A DNA stretch of 64,000 nucleotides from an uncultured virus (IMG/VR IMGVR_UViG_3300037088_000888). Taxonomy: Duplodnaviria; Heunggongvirae; Uroviricota; Caudoviricetes. Of the stretch, positions 9,815-20,826 are shown piece by piece (position 1 is the stretch's first letter; each line of letters starts with the position of its first letter). The DNA is taken from IMG/VR virus record IMGVR_UViG_3300037088_000888, one strand, 5' to 3'. The notes under the pieces were generated by a model, which worked only from the letters and a program-made list of their open reading frames with translations, did no database searches and had not been told where the DNA came from. A program made the position numbers and the translations under genes.

Positions 9815-10417
9815 TTATCTATTTTTTATTAAATTTTTATATTCATTAAAAGAAATTAATTGTAATAATTCATTTCTATTTTCATTAAAATAATTCCAAG
9901 AAATATTATCAATATTATCAATGTTATAATCCAATGATCTATTTTCAAGTATTTTTCTTCTTGTTAAAATTCCACATCCGAAATCTTCATCAATAACAAA
10001 ACAGCACCAATCTTTTAATTCTTGTTTTAATCGTATAATAGTTTTAAAAACCATTCCATTATCTGATTCCAAATTTAAATGCGCTTCATCTGGGGGATTA
10101 CAGTCGTGCATTACAATAAATCCATCTTCTGAAATATGTTTAGTTGAATTAATTGCATCTCTATATGACTGTTCATATGTATGTAAACCATCAATAAAAA
10201 TTATGTCGTATTTTTGTTCTCCAACATGATTTTTAAAAAATTCATCGCTCGTCATATTATATGTATATTTTCCATTCGGATTTGGGTCAACGCCATACTT
10301 AAATGCCGCATTAATTATATTATAATTATCATTCGGGTTTCTTACTCCAATCTCAAGATAAGTTTTAAAATTATAATTTAAAAAAAGCATGTTAATTATA
10401 TCAGTTCTTAATATCAT
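9815..10417 (-). CDS. Class I SAM methyltransferase
   Basis: YLEIGV, GVDP, DIIFIDGLH, VMHD. Confidence 0.8.
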   Translation of the reverse strand: MILRTDIINMLFLNYNFKTYLEIGVRNPNDNYNIINAAFKYGVDPNPNGKYTYNMTSDEFFKNHVGEQKYDIIFIDGLHTYEQSYRDAINSTKHISEDGFIVMHDCNPPDEAHLNLESDNGMVFKTIIRLKQELKDWCCFVIDEDFGCGILTRRKILENRSLDYNIDNIDNISWNYFNENRNELLQLISFNEYKNLIKNR

Positions 10418-11385
10418 ATTCTTCTTTTTATGTCATCATAAATTATTTTTAATCCGTCCATCAACGATGTTTTTGCTTTCCATCCATATATTTTTTCAGC
10501 TAAATTACAACTACACCATTGACTCCAGATTTTAGTTTCTTTTGTTTTATCATATTCAATTATAATATTTTTATTGGATATTTTAATGATATTTTCAGCA
10601 ATTTCAGCAATTGTATTACGTTCTTCTTTTCCAACATTTACTTTTACTAATCGCATGTTATCTAAACCATCAATCATTAATTCCATACAATCTAATGCAT
10701 CATCAATAAAACAATATGATCTGATTTCTGTACCGTCACCAAAAACATTAAAGGGAATTTCTGGATATTTTATTGCTTTATGTGAAAATACCGGAATTAC
10801 TGACCCCGTTTCTAACTGATAATCTTGATTTGTTCCATATATTCCAATAAATCTTGCAATTGCTGCATTAAAATTTGGATATTCCTCACATGCATATTCT
10901 ATTTGTTTTTCACCAATTAATTTTGCCCAACCATACGACAATTCACAATCAACAGGATATGCATCTTCTTCAAACATTTTTGGTGAATCTTTAAACATTT
11001 GTAATTGCTTGGGGTAAATGTGTGCACTGGAAGCATAAAAATACTTATTTATATTATTTTTTAGTGTTGCTTTTAGAACATTAGAATCAATTATTATATT
11101 ATTTGATATTATATTATATGGTTTTGATAAATATACACCAATTCCCCCGACTTTAGATGCTAAATGTACTACAACATCAATATTTTTGAAATATGGCTCA
11201 ATTAAATTATAATCACGCAAATCTAAATTTAAAAATGTTATGTTATCCAAGACATCACTAATGTTTTCAATATTACCTCTTTCGAGATTATCAATCACAA
11301 TTACATGATATCCTTTATTTATTAATCTTTTGATTAAGTGTGACCCGATAAAACCAACACCGCCAGTAATTAAAATTTTTTTCAT
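10414..11385 (-). CDS. NAD-dependent sugar epimerase/dehydratase
   Basis: TGGVGFIG, ASSA, YGWAK; likely start MKKILITGG at 11385. Confidence 0.85.
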   Translation of the reverse strand: MKKILITGGVGFIGSHLIKRLINKGYHVIVIDNLERGNIENISDVLDNITFLNLDLRDYNLIEPYFKNIDVVVHLASKVGGIGVYLSKPYNIISNNIIIDSNVLKATLKNNINKYFYASSAHIYPKQLQMFKDSPKMFEEDAYPVDCELSYGWAKLIGEKQIEYACEEYPNFNAAIARFIGIYGTNQDYQLETGSVIPVFSHKAIKYPEIPFNVFGDGTEIRSYCFIDDALDCMELMIDGLDNMRLVKVNVGKEERNTIAEIAENIIKISNKNIIIEYDKTKETKIWSQWCSCNLAEKIYGWKAKTSLMDGLKIIYDDIKRRI

Positions 11386-11390
11386 AAACA

Positions 11391-12329
11391 TTATTTTTTT
11401 TGTAAATACCAATCAATTGTTTTTTTTATACCTTCTTTTACAGAAGTATTTGGTACGTAACCGATTGCTTTTTCAAATCTACTCATATCATAAAACCTTC
11501 TAGGTTGTCCATCAGATTTACTTGAATCCCATACGATTTTACCATCGTAATTTGTTAATTCTGCAATTATTTCAACTAATTCTTTTATTGTTGTTTCAAC
11601 CCCCGTTCCCAGATTAAGAAAATCTCTATCATTATATTTTTCTGCAACATCTAAAATTGCTTTTACCGTATCACGAACATATAAAAATTCTCTTGATGCC
11701 ATACCTGTTCCCCAAACAGTAACAATTTTTTCATTATTTTCTTTTGCTTCTAAAATTTTTCTTATAAGCGCAGGAACAACATGTGATGTATCCAAATTAA
11801 AATTATCATATTTGCCATATAGATTAGCGGGTAAAAGAACTGATGAATTAAATCCATATTGGTCTCTATACGCCCATGATTGAATTATCAAATTTTTCTT
11901 AGCTAATGAATAACCATACGAATTTTCATCAGGAAATCCCATCCAAAAATCTTCTTCCTTATATGGTGTTTCCAATAACTTAGGATAACCACATCCTGCA
12001 GCCAAAGAAACCAATTTTTCGACTCCATTAATAAATGAATAATGTGTTACTAACGTGTCCATCATAATATTTTCATAAAAAAATTCTGCAGGTTTTGCTT
12101 TATTAATACCAATTCCCCCCACCCTTCCAGCTAAATGAATAACAATATTTGGTTTATTTTCATTGAAATATTTTTTAACTTCTTCTTCTATAGTTAAATC
12201 ACACTCCTTTTTATTTGGCGTTAAAACATTATTAATGCCTCTTTTAATTAATTCATTTATTAAATTAGTCCCAACAAATCCGTGTGCACCAGTGACCAAT
12301 ACTTTCTTGTTTTCCCAAAATTTTTTCAT
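11391..12329 (-). CDS. fcl: GDP-L-fucose synthase-like epimerase-reductase
   Basis: HLAGRVGGI, YSLAK, NLYG.YDNF...SHVVPALIRK, WGTG.ASREF. Confidence 0.85.
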   Translation of the reverse strand: MKKFWENKKVLVTGAHGFVGTNLINELIKRGINNVLTPNKKECDLTIEEEVKKYFNENKPNIVIHLAGRVGGIGINKAKPAEFFYENIMMDTLVTHYSFINGVEKLVSLAAGCGYPKLLETPYKEEDFWMGFPDENSYGYSLAKKNLIIQSWAYRDQYGFNSSVLLPANLYGKYDNFNLDTSHVVPALIRKILEAKENNEKIVTVWGTGMASREFLYVRDTVKAILDVAEKYNDRDFLNLGTGVETTIKELVEIIAELTNYDGKIVWDSSKSDGQPRRFYDMSRFEKAIGYVPNTSVKEGIKKTIDWYLQKK

Positions 12330-12333
12330 TGTT

Positions 12334-13275
12334 TTATAGATTTGTAAAATTCTTATTTTTATGCTTTACTATCATTTTATATGCTTTAATTAATTCGCAT
12401 ATTCCATCTTCAATTGAATTAGTTGCTTTCCAACCATAACTCTCCAACTTCTCATTTGAAACAACATAATTACGCTTATCCATATCTTGTTTAAATTCAG
12501 TTTCAACAACCACCAATTCGGGAATAAATTTTTTAATTCGATCAACTAATTCTTTTTTTGATATGTTTGCATTTGATAATCCAACATTAAAAACTGCATT
12601 ATTCATTTTCTCATAATTTTCAATACAAAATAAAAATGTATTTGCAATGTCTCTTACATGAATATAATTCCTTATAAAATTAGACTCGAATAGAACCAAA
12701 AAACCATCAGTTACTGCTCTATATACAAAATCATTAACCAATAAATCAGTTCTCATTCTTGGCGAAGCACCAAAAGCAGTTGCCAATCTTAAACAAATAC
12801 CATTACTACTATTTAAAATATATTTTTCAGCATCGCATTTAGTTATAGCATAATGTGATAATGGGTTAAATGGGCTTTCTTCAGTAATTATGGTATTTGA
12901 ACTACCATATTGACTATTTGTGTTTGGCATAATTAACCGCTGACTTTTATTTAAAACATTAACAATTGATTTAATTTGATTAAAATTAATTTCTGTTGCT
13001 AAACTTTTATTAACATCACATGCAGGAGCACCTACGATAGCAGCCAATGGAATTATTACATCGAAACTATTAATAAACTCTTTGTTATTAACGTAATGCA
13101 TTACGTTATCATCAATCAATGAAAAATTTTTATTATTACAAACATGCAGTAATGATATTTGATTATAAAGTAAATTGTCAATAACTGTTACATTATAGTC
13201 TTTCGATAATAATAATTCAGTTAAAACTGAACCAATATATCCCGCACCACCCGTAATTAATACTTTTGTTTTCAT
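12334..13275 (-). CDS. NAD-dependent sugar epimerase/dehydratase
   Basis: TGGAGYIG, LAAIVGAPAC, YAITK, RLATAFGASPRMR. Confidence 0.85.
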   Translation of the reverse strand: MKTKVLITGGAGYIGSVLTELLLSKDYNVTVIDNLLYNQISLLHVCNNKNFSLIDDNVMHYVNNKEFINSFDVIIPLAAIVGAPACDVNKSLATEINFNQIKSIVNVLNKSQRLIMPNTNSQYGSSNTIITEESPFNPLSHYAITKCDAEKYILNSSNGICLRLATAFGASPRMRTDLLVNDFVYRAVTDGFLVLFESNFIRNYIHVRDIANTFLFCIENYEKMNNAVFNVGLSNANISKKELVDRIKKFIPELVVVETEFKQDMDKRNYVVSNEKLESYGWKATNSIEDGICELIKAYKMIVKHKNKNFTNL

Positions 13276-14154
13276 AAAATATATTTATTATAAAAATGTT
13301 TTGTTGTATAATTATTTATTGCTCTATTATAAGCATTATCTGCAATTATTTTATACTTATCATAATTACTTAGAATTTCATTAATAATTTCTTTCAGATT
13401 ACTATCATCAAAATATATAAATTCTTTCTTCACATCAAAAATATCTTCAATGATGTTAAATTCATCAGATTTACACAAAATAATACTTCGGCAAAATGCT
13501 GCTTCAATAACTCTACTCTTATGCTGAGTCAATTTATTATTTCTAATTTCTAATATATCATTTATATTGCTAAAATTTTTTAAAAAATTAAGTGCATCCC
13601 CATTTAAAACATATTCGTTGGTACATATTGATATTTTTGACATTGATATTAAATTAAGTTTTTCAACATATGATACAAAGCCACGTGTTGCTTTAGGATT
13701 TACTTTACCAATAAGAACATTTTTTTTATTATCCCATTGAATTTTATTTAAATATTCGAAAGGAGCATTTCCAACATAAATAACATCAATTGTTTTTTTG
13801 TTTTCCGGCAAAATATATTGTTCTGAAAATGGATGAAATACATATATATAATTCATTATTTAAAATTCTATTTCGTTTTTGTACAAGATATGGACATATT
13901 GAAAATATTTTATTAAACCTCTTTTCGTCAAAAAATCCAATTTCTCTCGTATTATAATTTATAAATACATTTGGAGTTTCGGTATTTAAATGATAATGTA
14001 TTAAGCCATCAACAAAAAATTTATTTTCTTCTACACCACCATATGATAAATGCAGGCAAACATTTTTTGTTCTCTCATCATTTAATGCAAACAAAAAATC
14101 TAATTTATGTATTGGGTCTTCTGAAAAAGTACGTGAATTATAAAATGTTTTCAT
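13272..14154 (-). pseudogene. CgeB-like glycosyltransferase apparently split by a frameshift in an (AT)n tract (ORFs 13786-14154 and 13272-13856)
   Basis: The two ORFs overlap by 71 nt. One extra AT at 13842-13850 fuses them (...NNELYIYVFHPF...). C-terminal half has KSRVIEAA and a GT-B tail. Confidence 0.55.
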
Positions 14155-14978
14155 TAACCAATTTCTATTAATTTTTTCGATATTATATTTTTAGGATAAT
14201 TAATAAATCCCCAATTTGGTTTATTCACATATCCGTTTGTATTATAAATACCATCGGTATGAACACCAATTTTACTATGATTAATATGCCAATAATCTGC
14301 TTGTAGAAACATTAATGTAATTCCTTTATGATGTAAATTCCAAAGAATTTCACCATCCATACCAGTTTGTGAAGTAACCCGATGTCCCATATTTGTTTCA
14401 TCATACCCATCACCAGATTCAATAAAAAAATTTTTATTTATAATTAAAATATCACCAGAGCAATAACCGCAAATAATAGCATCTGGATTATTCGGATAAT
14501 GAATACATTCCCTTTTTAATATATTTAAATTAATATCTATTTGAACTCTATTTATTAATCTATAAAAATGCTTCTCATCATGTTTCTCATGAAATAAATT
14601 AATTATTTCTCTCATTGTTTCTGGTGGTATGATAATATCTGAATTAAGTAATATTAATACCTCATATTTACTTATTCTGACACCAACATTTTTTGCAAAA
14701 TATTCAAAAAATTTATTTGAATTAAGATTTTCACTTACTGCAACATTTGATTTAACAACAACATCAATTAAATTTTTATTTAAAAATAATTGTCGAAATT
14801 TTTCATTATTAATTAGATAATTTTTTATTGGACTCCATTCAACAACCAAATATTCATACTCAACATTAAATCGTTCTAATATTTCAATATTTTTTGACAG
14901 TGATATGTATAATCTATCTAAAAAATTACCGCCACCGCCATAATCATCATCTCTGCCTGTAGTTATAAAACTTATCAT
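14154..14978 (-). CDS. GT-A fold glycosyltransferase-like protein
   Basis: GRDDDYG, AKNVGVR, LNSDII, SGD, GYDE. Confidence 0.6.
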   Translation of the reverse strand: MISFITTGRDDDYGGGGNFLDRLYISLSKNIEILERFNVEYEYLVVEWSPIKNYLINNEKFRQLFLNKNLIDVVVKSNVAVSENLNSNKFFEYFAKNVGVRISKYEVLILLNSDIIIPPETMREIINLFHEKHDEKHFYRLINRVQIDINLNILKRECIHYPNNPDAIICGYCSGDILIINKNFFIESGDGYDETNMGHRVTSQTGMDGEILWNLHHKGITLMFLQADYWHINHSKIGVHTDGIYNTNGYVNKPNWGFINYPKNIISKKLIEIG

Positions 14979-15742
14979 TTTAGTAAATATTTAGCGTCAA
15001 ATATACATTGTTTTTTCTCTGAAAAATGGTGGTTAACAATATTATATGTTTGAATTACATTATATTTATATTTATAAAATATCCAATTTTTTGCTGTTTG
15101 TTCTGCACAATGCCACGAATGTACCTTTAAATCAGAAACATCAATAATATCAACAGCAGCCATTTTATGATAAACTTGGTCTAAATCATTTACTTGAAAC
15201 ATTAGTGGCATTCCCAAAAGACCAACATTATATATGGGATAATCAATATTACCCACTGTATTGATCGATGACATAATTTCACCCATTTTAGGATTTCCCT
15301 GCATTAATTTTCTTTCATATTTCCAAACCAAAACATCTTTACTGTCATTATTCATTGTTGGAATTGCATTGAAAAAAGTTAAATCACAATCAATTTTAAT
15401 TGTGTATTCAGTTTTGCTTCTCGCAAAAAGAATAAAATTGTGTAAAATGTCAAAACTATATTTTAAATTGCCAGCATATTTGTTTAATTCTTCACTATAG
15501 TCATAATAAATAATATTATTTGTGTTTATATTGTATTTTGATATTTTTTCTTTCATCAACTCAACATCATCAGTATATAAATGAAGCATTAAACTTGGAT
15601 TTTTATCAATAAATGTCGCATATGATGCTGCCGAATATTCAGAAATAAATTCTTTGTTAACATATATATCTTTTGCCCAAAATCTTCCAATTTCAAACAA
15701 TTTAATCATATCATATGCAAAACTTAATGTTATTACTTTCAT
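14975..15742 (-). CDS. Putative glycosyltransferase
   Basis: LYTDD, KIDCD (DxD), YNVG, EQ; operon context. Confidence 0.45.
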   Translation of the reverse strand: MKVITLSFAYDMIKLFEIGRFWAKDIYVNKEFISEYSAASYATFIDKNPSLMLHLYTDDVELMKEKISKYNINTNNIIYYDYSEELNKYAGNLKYSFDILHNFILFARSKTEYTIKIDCDLTFFNAIPTMNNDSKDVLVWKYERKLMQGNPKMGEIMSSINTVGNIDYPIYNVGLLGMPLMFQVNDLDQVYHKMAAVDIIDVSDLKVHSWHCAEQTAKNWIFYKYKYNVIQTYNIVNHHFSEKKQCIFDAKYLLK

Positions 15743-16415
15743 TTTTAATATATTTTCTCAACACTCTATTTGTATATTCCACATTGTTAATTTTAACAAT
15801 TGCTTCATTTACAATGTCACTGTTTTTAGTGTTCCAATTATTATTTTCGACATCGTTTGTAATTTTTAAAATTGGTTTTTTATTTAAAATATTACCAATT
15901 AAGTTACATAATATAATTACATTTAATTTTTCAATACCAGAAAAGTTTAATATTTCATGATTAATTTTATTTTTACAATAATTGACAACCATTACTAAGT
16001 CTTCAATATCTATCAATGCTCTTTCAACATCATTATACACAATAATTTCCAAATCATTATTTATAGAATGTTTTAAAAAATTTACTAAATTGTTTGAATT
16101 ACCACGGTTACCAATTATTTGTGGAAGTCTAAAAATAATATAGTTAGCTGCGTAAGTTTTTATTAATTCTTCAATTTCTAATTTTGCAGTGTAATATTTA
16201 TTTTTTGAAATTTCAACTAATATACTACTAAAATAAATTAGTTTTAATCTTTTATATTTATTAATTATTTCTAATATTATTTTTTTTTCACGATCAAACT
16301 CATTTTTGTTAATTTCTTTTGAATTTGAAACGCCAGATGCAAATATAAGATAATCCACATAATCTTCACTATGTAAATTAAATTCAGATGCTATCATTCC
16401 ATTTCCTACTATCAT
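15711..16415 (-). CDS. Short NAD-dependent epimerase-like protein
   Basis: MIVGNGMIA, FASGVSNS, YFSS, YYTAK; likely start at 16415. Confidence 0.65.
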   Translation of the reverse strand: MIVGNGMIASEFNLHSEDYVDYLIFASGVSNSKEINKNEFDREKKIILEIINKYKRLKLIYFSSILVEISKNKYYTAKLEIEELIKTYAANYIIFRLPQIIGNRGNSNNLVNFLKHSINNDLEIIVYNDVERALIDIEDLVMVVNYCKNKINHEILNFSGIEKLNVIILCNLIGNILNKKPILKITNDVENNNWNTKNSDIVNEAIVKINNVEYTNRVLRKYIKNESNNIKFCI

Positions 16416-16416
16416 T

Positions 16417-17034
16417 TTATTTTCTAATAAAAAATCCATCACCCCAAGATATACCAGCCCAATTTTGTTCAACTAATTGAAACCCCAACGATGATAAAAA
16501 TTCAACTAATTTATTAATTTCAACACAATTTATATATTCTAATGGTTTCTCAGGAATGTTTCTATTAATTTCACTCATAATATAATCCATGTGTTCCAAT
16601 GTTTTAACAGAACCTTTTAACACCTCTAATTCATATCCTTGAACATCAATATTCATGAAATTATAATCGTTAAAATCAAATTCAATATCGTCAAGACGTT
16701 TCATTTGAACAATTTCACCATAATTAAATTTTACATTTTTATAATTATCGCTTGGTTTTAATAAAGATGAACACCCATATGCGTCTGCTTCTTCAACATA
16801 CATTTCAATTTCTTTATTTTCATTACCTAAAGCATAATTAAATAAATTAGCATTATTACCAACCCTTTCTTTTAATTTTTTAAATGTTTTACCAACTGGT
16901 TCAAAATACGATATTTTATTAATATTTAATAACTTATATATATTTTGCTCTTCTCCAAAATGTGCACCAATATGAATAACACCATGAATTTTCATATTAT
17001 ATTTTCTATGTAATTCGTTTAAATTTAATATCAT
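16417..17034 (-). CDS. FkbM-family methyltransferase
   Basis: HIGAHFGEE, FEP, NIDVQGYELEVLKG. Confidence 0.88.
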   Translation of the reverse strand: MILNLNELHRKYNMKIHGVIHIGAHFGEEQNIYKLLNINKISYFEPVGKTFKKLKERVGNNANLFNYALGNENKEIEMYVEEADAYGCSSLLKPSDNYKNVKFNYGEIVQMKRLDDIEFDFNDYNFMNIDVQGYELEVLKGSVKTLEHMDYIMSEINRNIPEKPLEYINCVEINKLVEFLSSLGFQLVEQNWAGISWGDGFFIRK

Positions 17035-17732
17035 AATTTTCCTCTTTTATTAACATCTATCTTATATTCAGCAAACAATTTATTTAATTGTATGCCATAT
17101 TCTCTCATATTCCATTTACCACCACCAATTGCTGTTGCAATATATGGATATACATTACTATCATAATGAGCACTACCACGTTTGTTTTCATCATCATAAT
17201 GATAAGCACCCTTCATATTAAGTCCAATCATTCTATTACGATAATCACCATCAGTTTCCAGCCATCCTTTACTTTTTACAGTGTTCATTAATAATATATT
17301 ATCTGAAGTTCTCCAGATAGTTGCTTGCATTGAAAAAATGTTCGGATTTGTACTTTCAATTTCATATAACGTTGAAGAAATTTTTTTATTATTAAGATTT
17401 CCAGACTTTAATAATCTTACAAATGAATATTTAGAATTATTCTTCAAGAATTCAACATATTCATCGATTTTATTTTGATTAACATCTGCATATAATACAA
17501 AATCTTCCTGTAAATAAATAAAAAAATCCTTACCAAACATCTGTGCTGCTTCTACCCAAACCTTATAGTATGGCTCATCATTAGTATACTTCAAAAAATT
17601 ATTATGATAATTCTCTGGAAGTTTGTCTGAAATAAAATACAAAGGCATTTTACAATGCTTCTCATTTTGTTTAATAAACATTTCCCATAAATCTGAGCAG
17701 TTCGAATTTGTATATACTATTTGATTGATCAT
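17031..17732 (-). CDS. Putative glycosyltransferase
   Basis: YLQEDF, FSMQATIW, GGKW; operon context. Confidence 0.45.
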   Translation of the reverse strand: MINQIVYTNSNCSDLWEMFIKQNEKHCKMPLYFISDKLPENYHNNFLKYTNDEPYYKVWVEAAQMFGKDFFIYLQEDFVLYADVNQNKIDEYVEFLKNNSKYSFVRLLKSGNLNNKKISSTLYEIESTNPNIFSMQATIWRTSDNILLMNTVKSKGWLETDGDYRNRMIGLNMKGAYHYDDENKRGSAHYDSNVYPYIATAIGGGKWNMREYGIQLNKLFAEYKIDVNKRGKL

Positions 17733-17733
17733 A

Positions 17734-18462
17734 TTACCAAATACAAGTTTGTCTTAATGTATTTGCGCCTTGTAGATAACCTCTGGTTGTTCCAAGACCC
17801 ATTCTACTGTCAAGCGTAGAACCTGTGTCCAAATAAGTATTGTTTAGTGAAGATTTAAAACACTCATGAATCAAAATGTTTGAAAACGGTCCTGCACAAA
17901 ACAAAAACATATGTCCTTTGATTTTATTATCTTCAATATATTTTTTCATTTTATCCACTAAATCATAATTGGACATCCAAGCATTTGTACCGACACGAAA
18001 TGTCTTTACAATCTTATTAGCAAAAGGTAAATAATCCAAAATTGCTTTATTATTTACTACCATAATCATTTTGTAATTACTATATTCTGGTAATATTTTC
18101 TCAATATAAAGCGGATAATTTGAATTAACAAATATATTTCCCCATGTAAGATGTTCTTCATCTTGACCAGTTAATGCTTTTAATTTTTCGTGCTTTTCAT
18201 TACCCACACAACATCTACAAGCAATGCCGACATAGTAATTATCAGCTTTATATTGTGCAGATTCCAGTAGTTTTTCTCTAAAAAATCTATGTTCTACCTG
18301 CTGGGGATTATAAATGAATTCTCCATTACATTTATTTCGAATATCAATAAATTCGTTAAATAAAATAATCATTTCACCGTCATTATTTCTTGAAATTGCA
18401 AACGACTGATGTTCTTTCACCATTTTTGCAAATTTTGCAAAGTCTTGTTTAAAGTCTTTCAT
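17734..18462 (-). CDS. GT-D fold (DUF1792)-like protein
   Basis: SRNNDGE, FCAGP, YLDTGS; likely start MKDFK at 18462. Confidence 0.5.
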   Translation of the reverse strand: MKDFKQDFAKFAKMVKEHQSFAISRNNDGEMIILFNEFIDIRNKCNGEFIYNPQQVEHRFFREKLLESAQYKADNYYVGIACRCCVGNEKHEKLKALTGQDEEHLTWGNIFVNSNYPLYIEKILPEYSNYKMIMVVNNKAILDYLPFANKIVKTFRVGTNAWMSNYDLVDKMKKYIEDNKIKGHMFLFCAGPFSNILIHECFKSSLNNTYLDTGSTLDSRMGLGTTRGYLQGANTLRQTCIW

Positions 18463-18463
18463 T

Positions 18464-19198
18464 TTATATAATACTATTAACTGTTTTCCAACCATTATTT
18501 ATACAATATTCACAAATTCTATCCCTTTCAACATAATGATTTCCTAATCTAAATGACGCATTTTCATCACCACCAATTTCTCTTCCAAGATTAAAATCAG
18601 AACTCCACAAATCTTTATTATCTTCAGGATGCGGTGGAACAAATGTATTTATACCACCATATTTTTGAGCCAGATATGAAAACATAATATCCTCACCATT
18701 ATTCCAGTCAAATGGTTTTTCATACCACAGATATTTTGCCCATTCTTGTCTAAAAAACCAAGCATGACCAACCAAGTCAACTCTTTCTGTGGTATTCACA
18801 TGTTTACTACTCCATCCAAAATTAATTTGTGGAACGTATTTTTTTTCTAATAAAATAACACCAGTACCACCAAGAATTCCATTTGTTTCTGGTTTTTCAA
18901 TTGTTTCCAAACAATTCTTAAACCAATCTTTTTTTGGTATTGTATCATCGTCAAAGATTGCAGCATATGGCGTTCTTACTAAAAGAGATATTGTAAACCT
19001 GCCAAAAAATTTAGTGTTCCAGCTACAAGCATATGTTTTTATAGTCTTATCCTGTGGAAAATGTTGTGCTACATCACTCCTATTATACCAAACATGAATG
19101 TTTTCAGCTTTCACTGTAACTGATTGATTTTTTATTGCTTCAATTTGTCTTTCAAGAGTATGTGGTCTCTTATACACATTTAAAATTACGCTTATCAT
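18464..19198 (-). CDS. Family 2-like glycosyltransferase
   Basis: ISVILNVYKR, IFDDD, GED. Confidence 0.75.
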   Translation of the reverse strand: MISVILNVYKRPHTLERQIEAIKNQSVTVKAENIHVWYNRSDVAQHFPQDKTIKTYACSWNTKFFGRFTISLLVRTPYAAIFDDDTIPKKDWFKNCLETIEKPETNGILGGTGVILLEKKYVPQINFGWSSKHVNTTERVDLVGHAWFFRQEWAKYLWYEKPFDWNNGEDIMFSYLAQKYGGINTFVPPHPEDNKDLWSSDFNLGREIGGDENASFRLGNHYVERDRICEYCINNGWKTVNSII

Positions 19199-19918
19199 TT
19201 ATGCATTATAATTAACAGTATTAAAATTTATTTTACCACTACCATTTGGACGATTTTTAAAATATAAAGGATATTTTTTAGATTGTAACATTAATCCTAA
19301 TTCTGGAAACATGTCAATATGTACAACTCTAATGTTTTCAATTTTTTTCAATTCATAACCACGCTTACGCATTTCGGCATTTAAATTAAAATCCCAAAAT
19401 TGTGTTTCATCAACAATCCATGAATTAATTTCTTCAACAACTTTTCTTCTCTGCATATTAACGCATGTCACAATTTGTGAATCTCCAAATATAATACCTT
19501 CATAATCAATTTTATTTGATATTTGTAATACATTAGTAACACCATTTCTTTTAAGCATTAATTGACCGATTTTTGGGAATGCATCCATGATTTTAACCAT
19601 GTTAGCCAAAAAATGAGGAGTAATCGGAACAGCATCATTGTCTTGCTGAATTACGTACTCACAATCTTCATCAAGATTATCATAACCAAGTTTTGTACCA
19701 CCAAAATCACCAAGATTTTCATTAGAATAAATAGGTTTTATTTTATAATATCCTTCTTTCACCAAAGATTTTAGCCATTCTCTTGTACCATCGGTACTTG
19801 CTTGGTCAATCATTATTACTTTGTAATTATCGTAACCTGCTAAACGATCTATTTCTCTTAATGTTAAAACGCTGTATTCCAGACGGTTAAAACACCTCAT
19901 TAAAAAGTTCACTCTCAT
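19199..19918 (-). CDS. Family 2 glycosyltransferase
   Basis: FNRLEY, IDQASTDGT, QDND. Confidence 0.8.
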   Translation of the reverse strand: MRVNFLMRCFNRLEYSVLTLREIDRLAGYDNYKVIMIDQASTDGTREWLKSLVKEGYYKIKPIYSNENLGDFGGTKLGYDNLDEDCEYVIQQDNDAVPITPHFLANMVKIMDAFPKIGQLMLKRNGVTNVLQISNKIDYEGIIFGDSQIVTCVNMQRRKVVEEINSWIVDETQFWDFNLNAEMRKRGYELKKIENIRVVHIDMFPELGLMLQSKKYPLYFKNRPNGSGKINFNTVNYNA

Positions 19919-20823
19919 ATGCCTTTATTTATTAAATAATTATAATATTTTTTAAATTTCTCTCTTTTACGTAGTAATCCAATCTCACTATTTTTATAAA
20001 TCAATTCATATAAATTTATAATTGATGTTTGTTTATTAATTCTAAATAATGAGCATTTTCCATTTTTATTTACTCTATTTTTTATTATATATTCTATTTT
20101 ATTTTCACTTAAATAATTTGCAAATGTTGACCAATCATAATTATATGTTGAACTAAATTCTACTCTTCCGCTAATGTTTTTATATGTTTTATAGGTTGTA
20201 TTTATACAGCCATCACCATCAAACAAACCCAAAATAAATAATGACTTTAAATGCTGCGGAATAATATTAAATATTTTATTGAAATTAGTTTTCGATTTAA
20301 TATCGTAATTCATAATTTTAAAAAAATTAAATAACTCAATCGAATATGATTTAATCAGTTTTTGATTTCTAACTTGCTTTTTATTACCAAATTTATCAAT
20401 GGAATAAACAGGAATTGAGTTACTTATTGTCCAAACATTACCATTTATTTTTTTTACAATATTATTAAATAAATACTCAGCATCTTTTTCAACTAAAGAT
20501 ATTGATGATTTATGTGTATTTCTTTTTATTATGTTGCCATCTGCCCAAAAATAACCTAAAAAATATGCAGTTTCTGGAGTTCTTGGATTTATATATTCTT
20601 CTGGAGAATATTTTTTAAAATTATTTTCTTGTTGTGACTTAGATTGTAATTCTCGTAATTTTTGCTCAGAAACTTTAAGACCTAATGATTTTGCTTTTCT
20701 AAAAATAACATATTTTGATATATTTAATTTTTTAAAACAAAATTTTAATCCTTCATTAGAATAATTTGCTAATAAAAAATTAGTTTCGTCTTCATTCCAT
20801 ATTTTTCTAACAGAAATGTTCAT
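19915..20823 (-). CDS. Free-standing double-motif LAGLIDADG homing endonuclease
   Basis: AYFLGYFWADG and FILGLFDGDG; C-terminal LLRKREK. Confidence 0.85.
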   Translation of the reverse strand: MNISVRKIWNEDETNFLLANYSNEGLKFCFKKLNISKYVIFRKAKSLGLKVSEQKLRELQSKSQQENNFKKYSPEEYINPRTPETAYFLGYFWADGNIIKRNTHKSSISLVEKDAEYLFNNIVKKINGNVWTISNSIPVYSIDKFGNKKQVRNQKLIKSYSIELFNFFKIMNYDIKSKTNFNKIFNIIPQHLKSLFILGLFDGDGCINTTYKTYKNISGRVEFSSTYNYDWSTFANYLSENKIEYIIKNRVNKNGKCSLFRINKQTSIINLYELIYKNSEIGLLRKREKFKKYYNYLINKGI

Positions 20824-20826
20824 ATA

